Under the pieces are notes generated by a model. It saw nothing but the letters and a program-made list of their open reading frames with translations, was not told the DNA's origin and searched no databases. 64,000 nt of DNA from Marsupella aquatica (taxonomy: Eukaryota; Plantae; Marchantiophyta): positions 4,074,018-4,138,017 of the forward strand of contig OZ316891.1 of assembly GCA_973895155.1 (NCBI GenBank). The letters are read 5' to 3'. A program made the translations under genes and the position numbers. This document shows, piece by piece, positions 40,093 to 52,300 of this stretch. Each line of letters begins with the position of its first letter. The stretch's first letter is position 1.

Positions 40093-40418
40093 TGTGGGGA
40101 GAAATCAGATCAGGAAAAACACTCCAAACATACATGTGCTCAATAGTTATGTGGTTCGCCTCAAGGTTGGCTACGTCCACGGGAAGACCAAGCTTTATTA
40201 ACGGTTATGTGTCTACTCAAGCATCACCATAGCTCTCATCTCTTCAAGCTCTCATCTCTTGCTATATCACTGTGTTCTCTCTTGAGAACTCTCTTGTGTG
40301 TTCTCTCACCACATAGAAGTTGAAGAGATAAGGACCAATCTCTTCAACTAGGGTTTAACTCTAACCCCTAGTTAACATACTAACCATAGTTCAACCCAAG
40401 ACTGAGTTAACCTCTACA
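40093..40418 (-). repeat. 5' LTR (326 bp)
   Basis: Differs from the 3' LTR by two CG>TG substitutions, a 16-bp internal duplication and two 1-bp indels. Confidence 0.95.
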
Positions 40419-41539
40419 TTACCAACAGCCAAGGATCCACCTGCAAACATATGGGAACAAGTGGTTTATAATTTCTTTATAATTGTTTTTATAATAAAAC
40501 AGCCTCCCAATCCTCCCACAAAAAATCAGATATCCATGTCTCTTAATATAAAATTGGCATGTGCGACGGAATGTGCAGCTTGGGGTATGGAATCTAGATG
40601 TCACTATGGGAGTGGTCGGTGAGGAGTGTGAAGAATTGTGACTAAATTAATCCAATTTCAACAAAAGGGAAAAGAGAGGTCGATTGAAAGACAAACTGGG
40701 GATAACTTAGGCAATGAGCAGAAAACGAATAGAAGGCATTGTGTTAATCTCTCCTTTACTTAATGAGTGACAGTATCCACATTGAGCCAAAGAATATAGT
40801 AAAGCATGTAGGGTAACCCATGGTCCCAAGGGGATTACTTATCATGGGGTGCAATTCCTAGGAAGGTGAACCTGAGTGGCCATGGATTAACAAGCATAAG
40901 CCCCGAGTAGATTTTATTACTATTTCTGAGTGACCTGAATTTATGCTTGAAATTGGATAAATCTCTTTGCAAGCTAGCCAAGGGGGCCAAAGTCTCGTTG
41001 GGGTAAATGGCTAATAACCACCCATAGAAATACAAAGGAGCATCTGCTCCTGACTCTAGGTTTAATGTGGCTTGGTCCCAGCTGGGTGGCTCTTAGTTTT
41101 TATTCTAGTTCCAAGAGTTTCTTTATAGTTGACCCATGATTTAGGATCTTGGTCTCTTTGATAGTTCATTTCTAGAATTTTTACTTGTCCTTTCTGGTGG
41201 CTAGGAATTCGGCTGAGCATGACCTCTCTCTTAACTCTGTTTAGATATACTCACTTACAGGCTTTGGCCTCTTGTTGCCTTTCTGGGCCCCCTTCCCTTG
41301 GGTTTTCGTGGGGTTTTGTTTCCAAATAAAAAGAAATACAAAGGAAAAAATACACTGTGAGGGTTTACAAGGGTAGTGAGGGCAGAACGTGCCATCCTCA
41401 ACTGGGCGTTCCAATGGGTGTGGATGTCCTTCTTACCTAGGGACACCACCCAAGGCACTGAGGGTGTCGCATGGAACCCTCTCACCTGCAGGCAGGGCAG
41501 TGGATTCATGAGTCGGGGATTTGGGTCGTGCATGTGGAA

Positions 41540-41860
41540 ATGAGACCCGTAACAGTCTGGAAGTCTCTCGAGCTCTCTTTCGAATTCTTGACTGCTTGCA
41601 TGAGGAGATGAGACCCACAACAGTCTGGAAGTCTCTGGATCTCTCTCCTCGAATTCTAGACACGTTCTTCTCGTCCTCTAGTCCAATTCTTGCATGACAT
41701 TGCACATCGCAGAAGCAGATCTGTCTTAGACGTACACCAGCAGCCAGCAATCAATCTCGGGGCTTCTCGTGAATTCTTGGGTTTTCGATCTTCGAGAATT
41801 CTCCGCAGCACTCGGACTGACGGCTCAGTCTTCTCGAGAATTCTCTTCGCTTCTTCAAAT
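41540..41860 (+). promoter_or_regulatory. Cluster of heat-shock-element-like (nGAAn/nTTCn) motifs upstream of the sHSP gene
   Basis: cTTCgaGAAttcTC (~41790), cTTCtcGAGaaTTC (~41830), tctgGAAgtcTC twice within a duplicated ~28-mer (41540, 41609), further GAATTC-centred motifs; lies upstream of a sHSP. Confidence 0.7.
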
Positions 41861-42123
41861 ACTCGCAGATGACGAGCGCTTGAGCATCGTGCATTCTGTC
41901 AAGCATACCCACCTGTAGTCGGTTTCTTGTGATTGTGCTCTCCTGCCACTGGAATTTCACAGTTGAAGCCACTGGTCTCGGACCTTCTTCTCGTAGTACA
42001 TCTTTCATCGTTCGGATAATTGTGCATTGCGCGCTTCGCTTTGAAGTTAGCAGTGGTTCGAGGTCGCTTGGGAAGCCAATTACATCGTGCGTTTCAAAGT
42101 GCGGAAGAATTCGTGAGGGACTT

Positions 42124-42826
42124 GTGAGTATCATCCTCTTAACTTTTACTTTTGAAGTGGATTTGCACGGTGTTCACGTACAAGATGCGTTTTTGGGGCC
42201 AAAGATAGTGACACTCAGTTGAGGTTCACGCTTCTATTTCGCTCGTCAATGCACCTAGTTTCTGACAATTTTGAGGAATGCTTCTTATGAGAGACTCATT
42301 GTTCGAATTCTCTCCGATTAGTCCACGTTTTCTTGATGGTCTTTGTGTTTATACTTGGAAATTACGTAATTGCGGAGAACAAGAGAATGTTATGAATCGT
42401 TTCATATACACTCTTCGATCGCATCTTGATTATTTCGTATTATAGCAGACAAGAATCGATGCTCTCATCTTTCCCCTTCCAATATTATTTCTGGTGTTTG
42501 TGTTGATTCTTGGAAATTTCGTTTCTCTTCGTTTCTCATGGTAGACCAGATTACAGCCAACAAGATCCTGTTGTGTACTGTCTGGTTCTCATATAGTCAT
42601 GTCGATCCAGTCTTGACTGTTTAGCACTAGAGTCCCTGACACATCGGTTCTATGCCTCTCATGTCGATACAATGCTTCTCAATTTACGGGGCTCTCAGCT
42701 GACTAGGGCTTCAAATTCCATGCCTCTTTCCTTATGTCAAAAACTGTCATCTTGGGTTCCTGTTTGTGGGGCTTCCCTTATACGTTTCTATCTGGAAGGT
42801 ACTGACACAATGCTCTCGTGCCGCAG
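42124..42826 (+). other. Putative 5'-UTR intron of the sHSP gene
   Basis: GTGAGT donor at 42124, CTGAC branch-like site at ~42802, GCAG acceptor at 42826, 72 nt before the ATG. Confidence 0.55.
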
Positions 42827-42898
42827 ACTTGAAATCGCTAGTTGCCTCCACTGAAGAATTGCCTGCTAAGCTCAGGAAGGCACTACACTCCTACGACA

Positions 42899-43624
42899 AT
42901 GGCATACATTACAACCCGAGATCCGCTGTTCACAGTGCTCAACCATATTTTGTCAGTTCCCGATGGACGCGAGAGCACTAAAGGTCTTAGTAACGCTGCT
43001 CAAAGCTACGTTGTTGACAGCAAGGCACAAGCCTGCACCGCCGTCGACGTTAAAGAACTTTCAGAAGCATATGTCTTCATCGTTGACATGCCCGGTCTGA
43101 AGTCTTCAGACATCAAGGTATGGCACCTAATTTCCCGACTTCACCTCCATTGGAAGATGACACTGCTTTGAAACCCTAGCATACTACAATTCATCACTGC
43201 CTCTCTCGTTATCTTGTTGGGACGAGGTTGTAGAGAACCAGACACCGACCAACCCGACCAATTGGACTCGCGGATGTCATCGCTGGTTGATCCAATACGA
43301 GGAAGCTAACTCCCTTTTCGACAAATGTGTCCACGAGTCCTTCACATTAAAGATGATTTTAATGGTGCGCAGGTTCAAGTGGAGAATGACAATGTGTTGA
43401 CCATTTGCGGGGAGCGCAAACGGGACGAGCCAACTGAGGACACGAAGTACTTGCAGTTGGAGCGGCCTGCGGGAAAGTTCTTACGAAAGTTCACACTGCC
43501 CCAGAATGCGAACGTGAACAATATTTCTGCACATTCCAGCGATGGAGTTCTGACTGTTACCGTTCCCAAACTACCCCCACCGGAACCTCACAAGCCTAGG
43601 ACCATCGACGTCACCGTGGGCTAG
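42899..43624 (+). CDS. Cytosolic class II small heat-shock protein (HSP20/alpha-crystallin), 2 exons, 156 aa
   Basis: Exons 42899-43117 and 43373-43624 (phase 0, GT-AG). [17 protein letters not shown] resembles the class II motif YVRDAKAMAATPADVKE; also [45 protein letters not shown]. Confidence 0.93.
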
Positions 43625-43829
43625 AGAAAGACTACGCGTGTGTGCCGTGCGTTCACAAGAATTGCTGATTTTGAATTGGAGTTTGAAAACTGTGACTGGC
43701 ATACAACTGCTCCATAAATAACAGGGAGAAGATCAGGGTTTTGAGTCAATGGGGGACAGATGCCGCATTGAGGCTGAATTAGTCGGGAACTGAAGTCTTC
43801 AATCCTGCTCTGTGTCAAATAGTCTTAGA

Positions 43830-44090
43830 CCTCTGTTTTCTACTTTTGGCTACAATGTTTTACCGGGTTTTGGATGACATTCGTTAGCGAAATAGCACTT
43901 ACACGATAGTGCAGTTTTGATTGTTGGTAGTCAGCAGTGCTCCTAGCCTACTCGAATACGCTGCCCTCTGTTTTCTAGATTTGCCCAGAATGGTTTACTG
44001 ATAGTGTCGATGACATTCGTCAGCGAAATAGCACTTCTCCATACAAGATGGTGGAGTTTTGATGTGGTCAGTACTCAACAGTGCTCCTAG
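43830..44090. repeat. ~137-bp diverged tandem duplication downstream of the sHSP
   Basis: ctctgttttcta...gatgacattcgt(t/c)agcgaaatagcactt...cagtgctcctag occurs twice. Confidence 0.8.
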
Positions 44091-45708
44091 TCTAGGGCCC
44101 ATCTTGTACCTTTTTCTAAGTTAATATCATCGGCCTGAACTTCAGGTACTGGTTTTTTATGTATAGAAATGTTCACCGTGCTGACATCCCCATCCGTAAG
44201 CAACAATTACAGCACGATGTGAGTCCCTAGACTTCGTTCCTTGTGCGATAACTCACGTGTATGATTGAAGGACCATTCTCCAGAAAGTGAAGTGCTACTG
44301 CAAATCAGTCTTTGACATCGAATTATTGTCAAATTTATGGCCGGCAGGCAAAGAGCGGGGGTTGAAACAATCAAACCCTCCAAGTACCCGAAGCCAGAAA
44401 TCTGCTAAACAGTTGACTAACGAGACAACCCAGAACAGAGGAGGCAAACAGATTATAGTCCGCAGTTTTAAGACCGATACAGATCCATAGTCGTCCTGTA
44501 ACTAGAGCAACCAAGACATCTTAGGAAACTGGATAAAATCAACTGTCTTTTATCGATCTTTGAGAAGAGCGAATGTGCTTCCAAGTAGGAGTGCTGATCT
44601 TGCAAAATTCGTGTTCCAGAAGTGTGTCTAGAGATGACGGAACCCAAAACCCTTCCCGGCAGCACAAAAGCATATCATCTTTCCCAAAATTGACTACTAA
44701 TTAATGACAGAGATAATGGATATTTCTTGAACTGCCCGATCACTTGAACTCTTCTCAAAGGAACCCATGGTAAACCTGATTGTAGCTTTGAGCTAGATCC
44801 TGGTCTGCAATTGGATGTCCAATTTGTGCACCTACAATGGTCCTGAAAGAAGGAACTAGTTGCACATTGCAACTCCATTTCAGCCTTGATTCGAGCAAGA
44901 TAATGAAATGTTGAAGCGCACGGGGAAAGCAGAGCGTGATAGTTTTGAAAGATTATACCTTACACAACTACCGGTTCCCCATTGCAGACATGTCAACCGT
45001 TAAATGCACTTCTCCAATTCACACGGCAATGAAGTCAACAAACTGTGAGCTTCTCTGGAATTCGTAATCTCATCTGCATTCCTGTAGAACCCGTATCGCT
45101 TTAACCACATCTTAGATGATGTCGCCAAAAACAAATGTCGACATAGAACATATCAGTGGCAAGGTAATATCCTGAGTGTGTTATTGTCCTTGTGTTGGGT
45201 TGTGTCTTACCACATTTGTGCGACTTGTCCTTCTTGTGTCTCTTTGTTTTCTCTGAAATTCGAAAGCTATGCTCCCTGGAAAGATTGAACAGGCAAAACG
45301 TCAACTACCGGGGGGATTCCCATATCTCTCTCAAACGGGGTAACATAGCGAACTTCCAATGTACCATAATACTTTACACATGTTGATGTCTGAGTTTCTA
45401 AGATGATGATGTTCAGCCACGGGCTGTCGGTGCGTAATGCTCAAACCCTTGCCTGAGTAAGCTCTTTCCATGATCCAACAGACCTAATGAATTGCCTACA
45501 ATTGAAAATTACAAAGGAAACATTAATCTTTACACCGTCAGTGCCAGCCACGGATACCTGGTGCTACGAGTCCAAGCGTTTTAGTCGGGTGAGCAAATCG
45601 GTGGCATGATCGTCTCTCAAGCTAGCTCTGGTCCACACAGACAATGTAAGAGTTTAGGCCATTCTTGCTGCCTGTGCTTGTACATCACGGTCTTTACATT
45701 GCGACAGG

Positions 45709-46180
45709 CAATTCACGAGGCCAACCAGAGCCCCCTCCTACTGGCGATTCTCAGCTTGACAGACTCATCTCTTGAAACAGCGAGATTTCCCAGAGCCCAT
45801 GCTGCCCGCATTTGTAACTTGTCGTTGTTATTCGTTGACAAGCTATTGATTCACGAGACCAACTAGAGCCCCTTCCTCCTTGGCGATTCTCAGCTGGACA
45901 GTCTTATCAGCAGTCGCAGCAAGATTTCCCAAAACCCGTGCTGCGGCTTTTTGTAACTCGGGGTGGGCTGTTTGTAACTAGAGATTGTCATGCTTTGACA
46001 AGAAGTTCACCAGGCCAACCAGAGCCCACTCCTCACTGGCAATTCTTAACAGGAGAGACTCATCTTCTGGGCTTGTTAGATTTGCGAAAGCCCCTCCTGC
46101 GGCTTTTTGTAACTCGGGATTGTCATGCTTTCACAAGAAATTCACAAGGCCCCCTCCTCACTGGCAATTCTCAGAGGGAC
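45709..46180. repeat. Diverged ~140-155-bp tandem repeat, about 3.3 copies
   Basis: ttcac.aggccaaccagagcccc..ctcactggc.attctcag recurs at ~45712, 45850, 46006 and 46141. Confidence 0.85.
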
Positions 46181-46820
46181 TGTGAGATCAGCAGAACAAG
46201 CAAACGAGCCTTGGATTGTGCATACAAGCAATTCACAAGGCTAACTAGTGTACCCTGTTTATTCGTAATTATTCGTCAAATGTCCCTTTCGTCAAAGGAT
46301 TGTCTGCATTTGCTGCAAATGCATCGGATTTCCAAACAGGAATGGCAAGTGACTATATCAACACGTTCAAAACACCCGAAAGATTTGCAACGCGGACTGC
46401 TGATTTGTCTTTCGTGGCCTTGCAACAAAGACCAGACAGCGCTTTTGAAGCTGCCTCTTGGACACTTCTGTGTAAACCCTCCTTCAAATTCACAAGGTAA
46501 CTACAGCTGGCAAAAAGCTGATAGTGCTCTCGTTTAGCAGAGGCGTTTCTTCTATGGATGAGATGTGAGTGAAAGCCTTGAGAGTGGCCAACTGTGCAGA
46601 AGGACAAGCAGCCAACTTGAATGGGTAAGAGATGTTCTCGGCATCTAGCTACTACTGAAGACAACCTTGATTGGGTGAATCCCAATGCCTAAGTATTTGA
46701 ATTACTCCCATGGTTCTCTCCCATGTTCGAATTATAGTCATAACTTTAGACCTAAGAGTAAATGTCTAACATGATATTCAAAATTTCTCATTCTGATTCC
46801 CCCATCCCTGCACCCCACAC

Positions 46821-46882
46821 TCTCCTTGTCCCATAGATGCAACTCTTGTATTCTCCTTGTCCCATAGATGCAACTCTTGTAT
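46821..46882. repeat. 31-bp tandem duplication
   Basis: tctccttgtcccatagatgcaactcttgtat occurs twice. Confidence 0.9.
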
Positions 46883-47379
46883 AATATGGGTGGGATTTAA
46901 ATTTGTGTACCGGACTAAAGGTTGGCTGTAATAATATTTTTGGAAAAACCTGGATTTTCCACTTAAATGTTTTTTCCTGACAGAGTCTATAAAGTTTGTT
47001 TTTCTTCTTTCACCACATAAGATAAAAACTATTCCTAAACTTGCCGCAATTGAAATCATTCAAACATCTTTAGAGTTTTATTAGAATTCCTATAATTCTG
47101 GCTAATTTAATTGTAGCCAACCTGGTTATAGACACCTGTAAATGCCATTTAATCAATCTGGTTATATCTTAGTTTTGAACAATAATAAGAATTCATCAAC
47201 TACTATAATATACAATCCCTCCCATTTTTGGGTTTCATCTGCTTACAAATATCTAAAAAAGTGGGAACAAATCTACTATAGATCGTCCATTGAAAAGAAG
47301 ATTTGTAATGACCATTAGATGACACCAAAATCATCCAAGTGTCTCCCCTCACTCTTATCGCACATGCAAAGGTAAGTAT

Positions 47380-47812
47380 GGCCAAGTTGTCGGTTTTCCG
47401 GGCATGTAAAATCATCAAATGACGGCCCCCAAACGGCCAGTTTGACGTATATTCCCAATATTCCCCCGGACTCCACTGGACTCCTGACCCGGCCCCCTCC
47501 CCAGCCTCCCACTCCCAACCCGTCCAGACCCTGCCCCAACCCACCCAAACCCGGCCTCCCGACCCCCTCCCTGGCCTCCCGGATCCTCCTGAACCCTCCT
47601 GAACCCTTCCCCGGCCTCCCAGATCCTCCCGAACCCGGCCTGGACCCGGCCTCCTGAACCCCCTAAACACCCGGCCAGCGCCAGCCCAGGTCGCCCCTCA
47701 CACTTAGACCGACCCCAACTCTGGGTGACTGGGCGACCGGATGACGTGTTGACGGTTTGACGCCCCAAATCGCCCAATTTGACGGGCAAGGTCTAACCGG
47801 GCGTACAACCCA
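47380..47812 (-). mobile_element. Second copy of the GC-core dispersed repeat family
   Basis: Homologous to 14545-14820; C-run core at 47463-47700. Confidence 0.5.
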
Positions 47813-48119
47813 AGGCACATCTGACCACTTTACATGCTCTAATTACATTTGCTCACAACTGTACTTGAAGGTACAATAATTATGGAGCTAATTGGAGTTT
47901 ACTTTTTGGTTTCTGATGGAGATTATATTGGAGTATAATTAGTACACTCCCCAAAAGATACAACACTATGGAGAGAGATAGAGAGAAATTGGCACATGGA
48001 GAGTTTCTTACATGCAGAAAAGTAAGAAGAGGTGGGGAAAAGAGAAGGAAAACAAAAGGGGATAGTTTAATGTTTTAGTTCACACAAAATTATATGAAAA
48101 TTAAAAAATTAAAAACTGC

Positions 48120-49303
48120 TCACTTGTGCGACCATGCTTGGCAAGAGCATTTGATGTGAGATGGAACCATTTATCGTTTACAAAACTAGATATTTTGCAC
48201 CAAGAAGTATTTTATCGAACCAAACCTAAATGCAACAACATTATTTACACAAATATTTTTGTATATAATAACATTTTTCCTTCAGAGCATGTTTTGCATA
48301 ACAATATGATTTTCACAAGGACATCTTTACCAATGTGAGCTTTTGTGTAAGAACGTATTTATGCAATGACATTTTTTGTACGATGCATGGGGAATGAGCT
48401 CGCCTTTATTATTGGCATTTCCTTGACATCTTTGCCTTCCTTGACATCTTTGCCTTCCTTGACATTTTCCCCTTGCCTCGACATCATTGTCTTGCCTTGA
48501 CATCATTTTCTCGCCTCAAAATCTTTTATTTTCTCAACATATTTTCCTCACCTCGACTTTGCCTTGATATATTTTCCTTGCCTCATCATTGTTTGTGCAA
48601 CACTTACCTACATTTCTTTGCATCACTTCAACATCTTTGTTTACTATACCTTGACATCTTTCTCTCTCCTTGATATCTTTTGCTCCCTTCAAAATGTTTT
48701 CCTCAACTCAACATCTTTTTCTCACCCTGACATGTTCTACAAGTAGTAAGGTCGTGCTCCCACATTCCGAGGAGGGTCTTACAAGGTTGACCAAAAATGT
48801 TTTACATGATGAGGTTGGTATATGCATAAGTGTGCTATTAATGTCTTTGACATGTCATCGTATTGTATTTAAGCAGCTTATGTATTTCATCTTTGTCGCC
48901 TCCGATGACATCTTCTCTTGTCTTGACATCTTTACCTCATCTATACACCATTTTCTTATCTCAAAATCTTTCTCTCCATGTTTTTTCTCTCCTTGACATT
49001 TTTTTCTCACCTCAACATCTTTTGTCTCCTTGAAATGTTTTTTTCATCTCAACATCTTTTTTCTCCTAAACACTTTTTCTCTCCTTGACATACTTTTCTC
49101 ATCTCAATGTATTTTTCTCTCCTCAACATCTTTTCCTTTGTGACCTCTTTTCTCTCTGACCTCAAAATATTTTCTCTCCTCAACATTTTTCTCACTTTGA
49201 CATCTTGCTCACCTCGATCTTTTCTCTCCTCAACATCTTTTGCTCACCTTGGCATCTTTTTACTCCTTGACATCTTTTGTGCAATGCACAGGTATTGGGC
49301 TAG
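48120..49303 (+). mobile_element. Non-autonomous Helitron-like element built of dozens of ccttgacatcttt / ctcaacatcttt subrepeats
   Basis: 3' end: hairpin tgtgc-aat-gcaca (49278-49290), then ggtattggg CTAG|T (49300-49303), the canonical Helitron terminus layout. The 5' border is uncertain. Confidence 0.7.
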
Positions 49304-52300
49304 TAAATAAATAACCTACATATGATCAAAAATCCTAGACAGTATACCTTATATTATATACCCTTGATAGGTTTTGCAATACCTTGTTCAAGTGAGTTAA
49401 TGTAATTAATATTTTTAAATGCCTTTAGTCTTTGTTGGTGGTTATAAGTAGTAGCTGGATGGGATTTAAATAGCCTTGATTTGTTTGACCCCATCCTAAT
49501 TTTCTAATATTAAGTGATTCCCCAGGGAGTCTAGCTAGTAGATTAAAATGAAACCCAACATCTTCAATTTGATACAAGGCCGTCATGAGGGCTTACAAAA
49601 GTTGCATTATAAATAGGGAAGGTGTGTACCTGGGCTACCATCCCGGCTCCCACTCACTTTGAATGGTAAGAGGGATCCACAGATGCCGTTTCATATTCAA
49701 CCTCAAAGATTAGCCGGTGCTGCCCGTATTTGACAACTTATTGTAACTTATAAGGAGTACCCTACTTAGTTGTTGTGCCAAAAGACTACACAACACCAAA
49801 AATGTCTCGCCTAATTCACCTTACTTATACCACTGAAGATCAAATCAGGAATCAAATGAAGCAAAACATCTAAAATCCTAATAAAACCTCCTTGCAATTG
49901 TCAGAGCCTCCCGAGCTTGGCTTTTGAGTATAAAAGTAAAAAGTGATAAACATGAATGAACAGTGTCCGCCCTGGCAATTTTAGGCCTAAAACCTAGGTT
50001 CCTACATCCAAACTGGGAAACTTAGTTGCGATTGTACCCAACGATGGTTGTTGGCCATACCCAACTAACTAGTACTACCCCTCTTACAAGTATGGCATGT
50101 CACTCTTGATGCAAAACCCCCAAAACAAACTAGTTCTGGCATTTTCTAAGTAATTTGTTTTTATCAGACTATATTATTTGCAATACGACAAAGCCCAAGT
50201 TAGCCTGATGTCCATTTTAGTGATACCTAGGCAGGGTATGACAGTGTAGTATACTATTAGTTTACTCTTGCAGAAATGGCATTAGTAAATGTTACATGGT
50301 TACTATCATAATTATGTCCCTACTATAGTGAATGGTAGAGAGCTGGATCAAGGGAGAAGTAAATCCGAAATATTTTGTCTTGGTGATAAAACCCATTCCC
50401 ATATCCTCATCATCATGGGCCATTTAGCTATGAAGCTAAAAGACCTCATGTTCACAACGAGTAAAGCCGTCCAGTTGACCCTGCTTCCAACCAGTTACCA
50501 ACTGTCTTGTTCACAGCAACCAAAACAATTGAAAGTCCTACTAAAACTGGGCTCTTACATTAAGGGACTTTACAAGCTCCTAAACTTACATTAAGGATAA
50601 CTTTAATGTTTTGGAAGTATGAGGCCTATTTGATAACCATGAGAGCCTCAAGAGTCCTAGATGGGGGACCTCTACCTGTAGAATGGAAGAAAATTTTGAA
50701 AATTGTCTTGGATTTCATCCTTACCTCAGTTGAAGAATTGGATCATTTGACGTGGGGTAGACTAAACGAGAGACTCAAGAGAGTAGGAAAGAAGTGCTAC
50801 AGTGGGGAAAATGCGCATAAAAGGAGAATTTAATTCTTGACACACAAGCCCAAAGGCTGAGACAGTATGACGAGCTATGTTGAGCTGAACTGCTTTGGAG
50901 GAAGTAAATTTATACAAACCAAATTTATTGGCGGATTGCAAAACATTCTCGCCAGCATTGACAGAATCGTGAGGTGGGTTGATCCCGTTCAGAATTATGC
51001 ATTAGAGGTAAAATCATCAGCTGGTGTTCAAACGAGGCAAGCTCGAATGTAAGGCGTATCAAAGGAATTGAAAGGAAGGAAGGACGTCCTATAAAGCGCT
51101 CAATTGGGAACCTTGTGAAGAAAGCTGTGCACTACGAAAACAGTGACTTGAGCTGCGTTGCGTTCTCTCCCAACAGCAAGGCAACAAACTCTGCTTAGGC
51201 AACAAACTCTGCTTTTTTCCAACAGGAAAGCAACAATTACTGTACTGTGAGAACGGTACCGATAATCTCCCATCACTGTATGTAATCTGGTGCTTTTCTG
51301 TGTAGAATCGCCACCCGGTGGCATCATCTACCATCAAAGCCCAATATAAATTTTACACAAGAGCTACGCTGGATTTGTTTTGAACTGACGGACTTTCAGC
51401 ATTCAAGCAAACATTTTCCAGTCCTGGACGAGGTGTGGGTGCTGCGATGACACAGTGTGTAGGACTGCTGAGACGCGAGCTGCTGAAGACGCGAGCTGCT
51501 GAAGAGTGAAGCCGACTGATGATGAACTTTCAATGCAAGCTTCAGCACAAAGGATAGAGCACTTTAAAGTAAGGCTCTACTAGCTTTGGAAAATGTGGAG
51601 GCAACGAGAGCACGAAAGAGAAGATTGCTCAGGAAGCACAAAATAATTAGCAGGACAGTTGCTGGCCAGACGCCAATCATGGGAGCATCAGCACCAGAGT
51701 TGGGGTACACCTTGAAGAAGAGTTAGTGAAACAGGGTAAAAAATGCAACCAACCACAACAAACAAAACAACAAACTTGGGGTTCTCCTATTAACTAACCT
51801 TTCTGAGTAATGAACACTTTCAGAAAAATTAAAAATGAGCTTTTCTAGCATTTTACCCTCAACTTTGTGAAATATTTTAAGAATACTCCCAATTTTTTTC
51901 ACTTGGAATACTCAATATTGGATCAAAAGACCCCTAACGTTCAGCCAAAGTTATAAGTCTTCCATTAAACCCAATTTAATGATCCTATATTTGCTCGCTC
52001 GTGATGAGTCAGAAGTAAAGAAGTAAGGACACATTAATAGAACTTTGCATTCTATGTCACCTTCTCCCTCAGGAACAAGCAACCTGTGCGAACAACCCGC
52101 ATCTATTCTATATATCTAGGCGCAATCCAAAATGATTGCAAACTAGAGCAATCAACACTGAGATTGATCCTAATGATCTGCAATTTGCCAAGACCAACAC
52201 TGAAAGTACTAGATGCGGAGGCCAAAGGGGTGCAATGGGAGTGACTTCCCCAATTTAGATGGAGTGAATGAGGAGACTGAAGGGACCAAATACATTTTAT

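Larger units (their letters stand above)
34399..40418 (-). mobile_element. Full-length Ty1/copia LTR retrotransposon (Tnt1/Tork-like), inactivated
   Basis: Two LTRs with TG...CA ends, PBS and PPT, gag-PR-INT-RT-RH domain order; flanks TTACT / TTACC (5-bp TSD with one C/T difference). Confidence 0.96.

Noticed and set aside
32663-41259. Older LTR-like host element around the copia
   Set aside because: TG/CA candidate ends lack a TSD; no coding remnant recognised.
1-43624. ALA + ABCC + EUL + sHSP as a functional stress/transport gene cluster
   Set aside because: Unrelated families separated by TE-rich gaps; adjacency alone is not evidence of a system.
47203-47789. Gly/Arg/Pro-rich ORFs (also 14466-14751)
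   Set aside because: By-products of stop-poor GC-rich repeat cores.
48420-49280. Repeat-spacer appearance resembling a CRISPR array
   Set aside because: Degenerate short motifs with related, non-unique spacers in a plant genome; no cas genes; better explained as a Helitron-like body.
51130-51145. CACTACGAAAA, CACTA-like terminus
   Set aside because: No matching opposite terminus or 3-bp TSD found.
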